IMG/VR virus record: IMGVR_UViG_3300037511_000266
Coordinates: 1-52,557 of that record
Strand: one strand, 5' to 3'
DNA: 52,557 nucleotides
DNA from: a virus
Taxonomy: Duplodnaviria; Caudoviricetes
The notes beneath the pieces are model-generated. The model saw nothing but the letters and a program-made list of their open reading frames with translations, was not told where the DNA came from and searched no databases. This document shows, in pieces, positions 17,923-25,174 of this stretch (its first letter is position 1; each line of letters opens with the position of its first letter). The translations under genes and the position numbers were made by a program.

Positions 17923-18032
17923 TGCAGGTTTTGCTAGGGGCCGGTCTTCTCAGTGTGGGTATCTTCCTCGCAGTCCTTGCTGTGGCCTTAATAGTCACTG
18001 GCGTCCACGTTGTTGCGGATGTCGTCCAATGA
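17919..18032 (+). CDS. 37-aa single-TM peptide (not in ORF track)
   Basis: GAGG RBS, ATGA overlaps at both ends; MMQVLLGAGLLSVGIFLAVLAVALIV. Confidence 0.55.
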   Translation: MMQVLLGAGLLSVGIFLAVLAVALIVTGVHVVADVVQ

Positions 18033-18247
18033 GCGGCGGAATCGAACGGATGCATGACGAGGAACGAGGCGAGGCCTTCGAGATCTTTAAGAAGAAGTTA
18101 CAAGGTATGTCCTTCCATGATCTCGATCGCTTGGTTGGTCTTGCGTGGTCCGTGGTGCATACCTTTAACAGCACGAGCTATTCGCCGGCTTACTTTGCAA
18201 AGAGCGTCGAGCAGCTTGAGCGGCAGCTACAGAAGGTGACCCGATGA
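18029..18247 (+). CDS. hypothetical protein
   Basis: ATGA coupling chain. Confidence 0.6.
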   Translation: MSGGIERMHDEERGEAFEIFKKKLQGMSFHDLDRLVGLAWSVVHTFNSTSYSPAYFAKSVEQLERQLQKVTR

Positions 18248-18444
18248 AAGCTATCTATGTGAAGACAATCCGCGAGCAGATGCTTGAGCATATTGATCTT
18301 GCCGAGAAAGCGAACAGAACGATTCTAAAGTTCGTACTCACTCGGGGCGAATGGGAAACGTTCAAGGCCGAAACACATATGCCGAACGTAAATCCGACGA
18401 GTGTCTTGTATGCCGGCATTCCTGTGGAAGTGGAGAACCAATGA
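18244..18444 (+). CDS. hypothetical protein
   Basis: ATGA coupling, AAGG RBS. Confidence 0.65.
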   Translation: MKAIYVKTIREQMLEHIDLAEKANRTILKFVLTRGEWETFKAETHMPNVNPTSVLYAGIPVEVENQ

Positions 18445-18944
18445 AACCGGAGAATAAGTTTCGTGTTTGGTTTCTCGCCAGGCTGAAATTGTTTGTCCAG
18501 GGTCTCAGCCCACAGGCGACGTTTGTGAGTCAGAAGCATGCGGACTATGCCAGTGGAGGAGTGCTCGATCAAGATGTGGCGATCAACGGATACGATTTCT
18601 GGGTGGAGTTCAAGCTCATTCCAACGCTACAGAAGGCTCGCAAGCTTGCTGTTTCCGACCTTCAGAAGGTCGAACTACGCCGACGTCTCTTCGCGGGTGT
18701 CCCGGGAGTCTTGGTTGTTGGCCTGCCTCTTGGCCCCAGAAACGGATACGACGTCGCGGTATTTGTTGGGGAGGTACCCGAAACGGTGTGCCGAGGCGAT
18801 TTCCGACCAGCTTCGGACGCATATCGCGTTCTCTACAATCTGGCTGCGTCATATGCGGAACAGGCCCACAACAAATTTAGAGCGGTCAAGTTGGTTCATC
18901 TCGCTGCGAAAGAAGAAAGCGATCAATGTCAGGCTGGCTGCTAG
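18441..18944 (+). CDS. VRR-NUC/Holliday-junction-resolvase-like PD-(D/E)xK nuclease
   Basis: MKPENKF, GVLD, WVEFK, SDLQ; start at ATG 18441. Confidence 0.7.
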   Translation: MKPENKFRVWFLARLKLFVQGLSPQATFVSQKHADYASGGVLDQDVAINGYDFWVEFKLIPTLQKARKLAVSDLQKVELRRRLFAGVPGVLVVGLPLGPRNGYDVAVFVGEVPETVCRGDFRPASDAYRVLYNLAASYAEQAHNKFRAVKLVHLAAKEESDQCQAGC

Positions 18945-19192
18945 TCGTCATCATGACATCGACGATCGGCTTCGGTGCCGGCGAGCCAACGGTCTTCTTC
19001 GGGCCTAAACTCTATGACGATTTCGACACCTGTATGAAGCGTGGTGAGAAGGCCGCGCTGTGGCTGCACCAAGATTTTATCACTGTCAGATGGGAGTGTC
19101 TCGATGATGAAGCCAGAAGAAATTTCCAAGTTGAACCGGACGATCAAATTCCAGCGGAAGGCGATCGAGGATCTGAACAAAAGGATCTCTGA
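18926..19192 (+). CDS. putative exported small protein with Cys pair
   Basis: Hydrophobic N-terminus; FDTC...WEC. Confidence 0.55.
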   Translation: MSGWLLVVIMTSTIGFGAGEPTVFFGPKLYDDFDTCMKRGEKAALWLHQDFITVRWECLDDEARRNFQVEPDDQIPAEGDRGSEQKDL

Positions 19193-19346
19193 ACTCGAAG
19201 AAGAACGTTCCCTGTTCCGCGAACACTTTGCCACGCGGTTCAAGTGGTGGTTTCAATTGATCAGTGAAAATCAAAGCCCAAAGCTTACATGGCTTGCTGA
19301 GAACGACGCCATGTGGCTACGGCGGTTTAAGATCTGGAGTTTCTAG
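19104..19346 (+). CDS. coiled-coil hypothetical protein
   Basis: GGGAG RBS; heptad pattern. Confidence 0.55.
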   Translation: MMKPEEISKLNRTIKFQRKAIEDLNKRISELEEERSLFREHFATRFKWWFQLISENQSPKLTWLAENDAMWLRRFKIWSF

Positions 19347-19825
19347 TGAAGAAGTCATTTCGATTGATCCATGCAGCGTTTTGGACAGCCTTCATTGTAT
19401 TTAGCCTTGTGGGCCTCCTGGCATTCATCTCAGGTTGTGGTTCTGAGAATGCTCCGCAGACGTCGTGTAGTGGAGCGGAGTGTGACGCGAAGGCCAACTG
19501 CCTGAAGAGCACAAGCCCCCAATGCAAGCCAGCCCCGCCTCCTCCACCACCTTCGCCCACGCCTCGGATTGACGGCGGCTGCACCTTGGCCTGGGATCCG
19601 TACCCCATTACCGGAGCCCTATTCGTGGTCTATGAAGGGACAGATCCAGATCCATTTACGAACCATCTGCACCTGTACAGTACATCGGTGAATAACGCGA
19701 CATGCGTGCAGATCGGCACGGCAACGGACGGACTCATTCACTATTTTACGGTGACGGCCTTAGTCGGCGGGGTCGAGAGCAATGCGCCTGCACCGGTCTC
19801 AAGAATCATTGACGGATATAACTAG
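19346..19825 (+). CDS. lipoprotein with Cys-rich/polyPro linker and fibronectin type III-like domain
   Basis: Signal with ISG-C lipobox; PPPPPP; TLAWDP...YFTVTA..GVES. Confidence 0.7.
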   Translation: MKKSFRLIHAAFWTAFIVFSLVGLLAFISGCGSENAPQTSCSGAECDAKANCLKSTSPQCKPAPPPPPPSPTPRIDGGCTLAWDPYPITGALFVVYEGTDPDPFTNHLHLYSTSVNNATCVQIGTATDGLIHYFTVTALVGGVESNAPAPVSRIIDGYN

Positions 19826-19843
19826 TAAGGGTATATACTTAAG

Positions 19844-20014
19844 ATGCGTGTCGAAATTCTGCAAGAGCCCTGTCGGAAATGCGGCGGGACTCTGACACCT
19901 GAGCATGTGCCAGGTGAAACACTCTACCACTGGGCGAAGTGCATCAACTGCGGCAAACGGGAGAAATGGCTACGTGAGAGAGTACAACGTCAAGGAACTC
20001 CCGACCGCACATGA
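19844..20014 (+). CDS. 56-aa Zn-ribbon protein (not in ORF track)
   Basis: CRKCGG...CINCG. Confidence 0.6.
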   Translation: MRVEILQEPCRKCGGTLTPEHVPGETLYHWAKCINCGKREKWLRERVQRQGTPDRT

Positions 20015-20348
20015 TGGCGTCGTGCCGACCGGCGAGATCGGCGTCGTCTGGATGGAAGGCCGATGGGAACGCAACGGACAGAGACTCTTATGTCCACTCT
20101 CACGATTGATCTTACGGCATCAACCGAAATGCATGAGTTGGATGCAGGCAGCCGCGCAAGTCACCGGTTGGACGCTCGCTCGTACCTTAGCTTTCAAACT
20201 CACCATGGGCAAAGCCCCGCTAAAGATTGGAGCCCAGAATGCTGAAGCAGCCAAAGGTCATACCGACGCCGTTCTTTACGATCTCTTGTTCAAGCTTTCT
20301 CGGAAAACGTATCGCCCAAGGACCGATCAAGAACTACCAAATCCATAA
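19974..20348 (+). CDS. hypothetical protein
   Basis: GTG at 19974 after GGGAG; distal part of ORF 19905-20348. Confidence 0.5.
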   Translation: MREYNVKELPTAHDGVVPTGEIGVVWMEGRWERNGQRLLCPLSRLILRHQPKCMSWMQAAAQVTGWTLARTLAFKLTMGKAPLKIGAQNAEAAKGHTDAVLYDLLFKLSRKTYRPRTDQELPNP

Positions 20349-20429
20349 CGACTGCTATGTCCTTGATCAAGACGCCTATTTGTTTTGGACAGCCTCCACA
20401 GCTAAATTTCTGAACCGGAGCTATTAATC

Positions 20430-21443
20430 ATGCATCAACACCGTCCTTGTCCTGGCCCTCATGGGAGCGGACACTCGCTGTTTGACCCGAGCAAGCTGCA
20501 CGTCATCACCACCATCTCTAACCCTGTACGGTACGCTTCGCGCTATCAACTGTACAAAGACTTCGCGCATCACATGCTGGAGTCTGGGGTGGATCTGTGG
20601 ACGGTCGAGCTAGCCTATGGCGATCGATCGTTTGAAGTCACATCCCCTGATAATCCCCGGCACGTTCAACTTCGCACGAAAGATGAGATCTGGCACAAAG
20701 AGAACACGCTGAACATCGGCATCCAACGCCTGCCGGTCGACTGGGAGTACGTCGCCTGGATTGATGCGGATATCAAGTTCGTACGTCCTGACTGGGTGCA
20801 GGAAACGATTCAGCAGTTACAGCATCACCACTTCGTACAGATGTGGGAGACCGCCATCGATCTCGGCCCTCATAATCAAGCCCTCGGCCTCCATCACAGC
20901 TTCATGAGCCGCTACGTGCAGACGGGACAGTTGCCCAATGACTATGCGCCACCGGACTCCTACTACTACGATTACGACGGTAAAGGGTATATCGGTCATC
21001 CCGGCTATGCCTGGGCCGCTGATCGAGAAGGCCTCGAAGCTGTTGGCGGTTTGATTGACACGGCCATCCTCGGCGCTGCCGATCATCATATGGCGCACGG
21101 GCTGGTTGGCTCGATTCATCGCTCGCACCCCAGAGGCTTGAACCCCGGCTATACCAAGAAATTGTATGAGTGGCAGGCGCGTGCTGAACGCTACGTGCGA
21201 CGTGACGTGGGCTACGTGGCCGGCTCCATCATGCATCATTGGCACGGGCGCAAGAAGGATCGACGCTATCACGATCGGTGGCAGATCCTCACGAAGAATC
21301 AGTACAACCCGGATATCGATCTGAAGCGCGATTATCAAGGCGTCTATCAACTTCATGATACCGGTTCGCCTCGCAGCATTCAGTTGCGCGACGACGTGCG
21401 CCGGTACTTCCGCGTGCGGAACGAAGACAGTATCGATCTATAA
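20430..21443 (+). CDS. putative GT-A-fold glycosyltransferase
   Basis: WHKENTLN..AWIDADI (DxD), GHPGYAWA, ILGAADHHM, HHWHG. Confidence 0.7.
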   Translation: MHQHRPCPGPHGSGHSLFDPSKLHVITTISNPVRYASRYQLYKDFAHHMLESGVDLWTVELAYGDRSFEVTSPDNPRHVQLRTKDEIWHKENTLNIGIQRLPVDWEYVAWIDADIKFVRPDWVQETIQQLQHHHFVQMWETAIDLGPHNQALGLHHSFMSRYVQTGQLPNDYAPPDSYYYDYDGKGYIGHPGYAWAADREGLEAVGGLIDTAILGAADHHMAHGLVGSIHRSHPRGLNPGYTKKLYEWQARAERYVRRDVGYVAGSIMHHWHGRKKDRRYHDRWQILTKNQYNPDIDLKRDYQGVYQLHDTGSPRSIQLRDDVRRYFRVRNEDSIDL

Positions 21444-21447
21444 GGAA

Positions 21448-21679
21448 GACGCAGGGTGGCCCGAATCACGGAAGACGGGCATAGAGGAGACGCGCCAAGA
21501 GCCGTTCCAGTTGCCAGCCCTTTTTGCTGGAGTTCGCTTGGTCCCTGCGACCTGATTGCCTGGTTCGACAGCAAGCGAGGTGTTTATGGCTGACAGGGGA
21601 CCGGATGAACCTGGGCCAGGCAACAATGGCGTGCGCTGGCTCCCGACGCAGCGATTAAAAAGGTATCGGGGGCAACAAT
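21448..21679 (+). ncRNA. candidate structured ncRNA / cis-regulatory RNA
   Basis: ORF-free gap with several 5-11 bp helices and two H-type pseudoknots; G-U pairs favour + strand. Confidence 0.55.
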
Positions 21680-21680
21680 T

Positions 21681-21860
21681 ATGAAATGCCGTTTTGGATG
21701 CGAGATAGATCCAGCGAGACTCACCAAGGTCTTTTACCCTGACGGCTGTTGGTGTTTCCCCAACGATCACGAGCAGTGGCTCTGCCCACAACATACGATC
21801 AAAGGGCTTCAAAATAATGAGGGCTATACCCTCGAAGGATTTCTCCATGGCCATGTTTGA
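21681..21860 (+). CDS. 59-aa Cys/His-rich protein (not in ORF track)
   Basis: GGGGG RBS; CRFGC...GCWC...LCPQH. Confidence 0.6.
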   Translation: MKCRFGCEIDPARLTKVFYPDGCWCFPNDHEQWLCPQHTIKGLQNNEGYTLEGFLHGHV

Positions 21861-21895
21861 ACGGCCAGGGCATTATTCTTGAAAGGCGGGGTAGC

Positions 21896-22375
21896 ATGGT
21901 TGACTTCCGACGAGTGAAATGGGACCACCGGTTCTTGGATTTAGCCGAACACATTGCCCAATGGTCGAAAGATCCCTCGACCAAAGTGGGCGCGGTGCTC
22001 GTGCAAGGCAATCAGGTCGTAGGCCTGGGGTATAACGGCTTCCCCCGGGGCGTCGACGATACCGAAGAACGATACAAGAACCGCGAGTTGAAGTACAAGC
22101 TGGTCGTCCATGCCGAGGTCAATGCGATCCTCATGGCTGGGCCGAACGCGAAAGGTGGCACGTTATACGTGTGGCCGTCCTTCATGCTGCCGCCGATCTG
22201 TACGGAGTGCTGCAAGATTGCCATCCAGGCCGGCGTGGCTGAGATCGTGGGCTATAAGATCGATGAGGACAAGCTGAGCGAAGCGCAGTTGCGGTGGCGA
22301 GACTCGATTCTCGTGTCTCGTGAAATGTGTGATGAGGCCAAAATCCGATATAGAGGGGTATTCAAGACAGTATGA
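21896..22375 (+). CDS. dCMP deaminase
   Basis: SKDPSTKVGA, GYNGFPRG, HAEVNA, PICTECCK. Confidence 0.92.
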   Translation: MVDFRRVKWDHRFLDLAEHIAQWSKDPSTKVGAVLVQGNQVVGLGYNGFPRGVDDTEERYKNRELKYKLVVHAEVNAILMAGPNAKGGTLYVWPSFMLPPICTECCKIAIQAGVAEIVGYKIDEDKLSEAQLRWRDSILVSREMCDEAKIRYRGVFKTV

Positions 22376-22650
22376 ATTCTCTTGAGCATGCATACCGTAC
22401 GTGGTCTTTCAGTAATCCGCAAGTCTTCGAACTGTATGAACGGTTCGCTCAGGAAGCATTTGCGAGAGGTAAGAAGTTTTCGATCAGTCTTTTGACCGAG
22501 CGCATTCGATGGGAAATCCAAATGGGTTGGGAGAAAGACCAGGAAGGTTTCAAGATCAATAACAATTACAGAGCCTACATAGCCAGGGATCTGCTCGACA
22601 GTCACCCTGAGTATGGAGAGTTCTTACAAGTTAGGACTACCAAAGCATGA
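22372..22650 (+). CDS. conserved phage hypothetical protein
   Basis: NPQVF..ERIRWE..FKINNNYRAYIAR pattern. Confidence 0.7.
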   Translation: MNSLEHAYRTWSFSNPQVFELYERFAQEAFARGKKFSISLLTERIRWEIQMGWEKDQEGFKINNNYRAYIARDLLDSHPEYGEFLQVRTTKA

Positions 22651-23246
22651 AGATCGCATTTACCGGAGCCGGGGGAACCGGCAAAACTACACTGGCCACC
22701 TACGTCGCAGAGAAGTGGGGCATTCCCTACGTGGGCTCTGTCGCCCGGGAAGTCATGAAGGATATGGGTGTGGAGAGCGAGACGGCTCAGAACGAAATGA
22801 GTGAGGCTGCGCTCTTCGAGCTACAGCATGCGATCTACTTGAGACGCAAGGCGAAGCTCGAAGAGTACCCACACTTTGTGACCGACCGGCTCGCGCTGGA
22901 CAATTACGTCTACGGCTTGCGCCGATGCGGACGGGCGCTGACAGAGGATGCCAGGAAGGAATGGTACGAAGGTGTGGAGGCGGATCTGTACAGCTTCGAT
23001 CTGGTGTTCTACACCCCCACTGGCTTGTTCGCTTCCGTGGACGACGGCATCAGGCAAACCGATGTCGCCCACAATACCCTGGTTGACAGTGCGATTTATG
23101 GACTGCTCTGCAAGCTGGCCTTCGATCGCATGGCCTGTCACGTCTACGTCCTGCAGATGGCCGACCTCAAGCGGCGGAAGGATTTCATTGACCGGCTGGC
23201 TGCAGAGGTGGCTGAAGTGACGATGGGTAAACGCAGCGATGCTTAG
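22647..23246 (+). CDS. AAA_28/NadR-like P-loop nucleotide kinase
   Basis: IAFTGAGGTGKTT, TDR..D.Y.Y, DLVFY.P, DDGIR. Confidence 0.8.
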   Translation: MKIAFTGAGGTGKTTLATYVAEKWGIPYVGSVAREVMKDMGVESETAQNEMSEAALFELQHAIYLRRKAKLEEYPHFVTDRLALDNYVYGLRRCGRALTEDARKEWYEGVEADLYSFDLVFYTPTGLFASVDDGIRQTDVAHNTLVDSAIYGLLCKLAFDRMACHVYVLQMADLKRRKDFIDRLAAEVAEVTMGKRSDA

Positions 23247-23436
23247 ATACGCCGCATATCTCGCATTAGGTGTTTGGTGGCTCATGGCGTTCGATCGCCG
23301 GGGTGAGCACATCCTGATTGAGACACGCTATGAGGTCACCTGTCAGACGTACGAAAAGATCTTGAAGCGCGTGCCACATCTCAAAGTCACGACATGCGCG
23401 TACAAAGCGAAGCCTGATGAAACGGAGGTCGGATGA
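23239..23436 (+). CDS. small protein with N-terminal hydrophobic segment
   Basis: Operon packing. Confidence 0.55.
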   Translation: MLRYAAYLALGVWWLMAFDRRGEHILIETRYEVTCQTYEKILKRVPHLKVTTCAYKAKPDETEVG

Positions 23437-23627
23437 TCCACGTTACTATCGACGAGCCGAAGGATGACGAGATCGTCATCTACGCTTTCAAGAACGGCAA
23501 CCAGCGACTATGTAGCGCCCGTTGCGTAGTGAGTGAGGAAGCATTTAGCCATGCATCCAAGGATTTAGTCGGTGGGTTGATCCTGTCGGATCTCCGCAAT
23601 GCGTTCCGATATAGAGGATTAATATGA
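23433..23627 (+). CDS. hypothetical protein
   Basis: GGAGG RBS, ATGA coupling. Confidence 0.6.
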   Translation: MIHVTIDEPKDDEIVIYAFKNGNQRLCSARCVVSEEAFSHASKDLVGGLILSDLRNAFRYRGLI

Positions 23628-23905
23628 TCCCCTGGGAGTCTCGAGACCCGAAGATGAAAGTGCCGACACAATTCGGCTTTAACCCGGACTCGGCAGTTGC
23701 TCGACGTGTATTGGCTATGGAGGCGTGGTACGACTATCTTATCAATGAATGGATTCCCGGCCAACCAGACTACAAAGAACTCATGGCGTACTTCATCGGG
23801 CCGGCGAAGTACGACCCACTGCTCTTTGTGGTAGGCATTAAGAAAGTTACTTCATGTTCAGAAACGTCAGAGCCGCCCCACCCCCTGCCGTCGCCGCAGC
23901 CGTAA
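23624..23905 (+). CDS. hypothetical protein, last gene of left arm
   Basis: GAGGA RBS, ATGA coupling. Confidence 0.6.
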   Translation: MIPWESRDPKMKVPTQFGFNPDSAVARRVLAMEAWYDYLINEWIPGQPDYKELMAYFIGPAKYDPLLFVVGIKKVTSCSETSEPPHPLPSPQP

Positions 23906-24197
23906 CGATCGCCCAGAACAGTTTCCACAAGTTGCCGACCTTCCCGTTAAGCTCGTGGACCTTCGTGACGAGCCCGGGCTCATTCGGCTTGCCGTAGATA
24001 TGTTCCTGCATGGTGAGGAAGTCGGTATGGATTCGCTGATCAAGCGCCTTGTGCTCCTGCATATCCGCGAGCACGCGGTTGAGCATGGCTTGATTTTCTC
24101 GGAAGAGGATGATGGTATCGTGTAGGGTGCGTGTGACAGCCTCTACGTCTTTCGAGAGTGAGCTTATGAGAACTTCGGCTGATGGTATGTGATCCAT
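23847..24197 (-). CDS. coiled-coil protein with C-terminal TM (holin/XhlA-like candidate)
   Basis: Heptads then LWKLFWAIVTAAATAGGGAALTFL; start M at 24197 after GGGG. Confidence 0.6.
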   Translation of the reverse strand: MDHIPSAEVLISSLSKDVEAVTRTLHDTIILFRENQAMLNRVLADMQEHKALDQRIHTDFLTMQEHIYGKPNEPGLVTKVHELNGKVGNLWKLFWAIVTAAATAGGGAALTFLNMK

Positions 24198-24262
24198 GGC
24201 GTACCCCAGGTTAAAACTTTGGGGCACGCAGCCCCACCCACAAGCTAAGTATAATACCTTAT

Positions 24263-25174
24263 TTAGGGAATGTCACTAGGCTGCTGTCTGCCTACTGCCG
24301 GCACAACTTGGTGATTTCCTGATACTTCCCTGACATCCTCCAAGCGTTCTAAAGGAAATTTGCGCTGAATAGTCGGCACGTTGGAGGCAGTCGGTGCGGA
24401 GAGTGTTATAACTGCCGCCCCGGCGACAAGGGTCGAATCGAGCGCGAGAGCCGCAGTGGGAGCGGATAACGTGATGACATTCGCGCTAGCCGTCAATGTG
24501 GTGTTTGTGATGAGTGTCTCAACCGAGAAGTTGTCCACATACATGTAGCTGTGCGGACCGGCTCCACTGATAGGGTCAGGCCAACAGTGAATCGCCGCGC
24601 CAGCTACCCCGGAGGAAAAAGAAGAGTCGGTCACCGTTCGCTCGGTCATGTCACCGAAATGGCCGGTAATGAGCCATTTAATCGTCGTACCGCTTACGAT
24701 GATGTAGGCATCATAGAGAAACCCTGACGAGTACGCGGAGCCGTTGACATAGGAGTCCAGGTCAGTTCGCGTACCTCCGACGAGCTTATACAAATAGCAT
24801 GTAGCAACTGAACCGTTACCTAGCACTTCAATAAAGTACCCGCTCTTCGCTCCCGACTGTAGACGAGCACCAAGCGCACTGCACTCCCATGGCGAGCCGC
24901 AGATAATTTGCCCAATGACTTTATAGTCGTTGACTCCGGTCAGTGACGAGTTAATGACGCGCCCGACCAAATAAGTATTCTGTCCTCCTGTGGTGAAGGA
25001 CAGATTCATATGCATGATCTGGAATGAATGGTTGGTTAGCAGACTATTCGAAGTCGTACCGGACTGATAGGCCCAGTCGTTCGAGCCGCTGGCCTGCTCA
25101 ACACTCTGCCACGAGGCGAGGTCCGTATCCGATCCACCAGTGTTGGTGAAGTTATCGGTAAAGAGCGTAGACAT
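24263..25174 (-). CDS. virion lectin-like (ConA beta-sandwich) protein with two ITLSAP repeats
   Basis: FTDNF...VDNFSVET domain; C-terminal TLTASANVITLSAP repeats. Confidence 0.7.
   Translation of the reverse strand: MSTLFTDNFTNTGGSDTDLASWQSVEQASGSNDWAYQSGTTSNSLLTNHSFQIMHMNLSFTTGGQNTYLVGRVINSSLTGVNDYKVIGQIICGSPWECSALGARLQSGAKSGYFIEVLGNGSVATCYLYKLVGGTRTDLDSYVNGSAYSSGFLYDAYIIVSGTTIKWLITGHFGDMTERTVTDSSFSSGVAGAAIHCWPDPISGAGPHSYMYVDNFSVETLITNTTLTASANVITLSAPTAALALDSTLVAGAAVITLSAPTASNVPTIQRKFPLERLEDVREVSGNHQVVPAVGRQQPSDIP

Noticed and set aside
12447-18650. Additional sigma54-like sites at ~12447, ~17509, ~18635
   Set aside because: Spacing is wrong (N9 or N11) or the GGCA core is absent, and all are inside coding regions
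21450-21553. Second tRNA or tmRNA
   Set aside because: 7-bp stem and D-like arm are present, but no anticodon arm, T-arm or CCA
21533-21612. HDV/theta, glmS, hammerhead or RNase P ribozyme
   Set aside because: Only partial resemblances (GGT-CCCTGCG-ACC, CGAGG..GGATG, GAGGAGAC); required cores such as P1/P1.1, AGCGCC and CUGANGA/GAAA are missing
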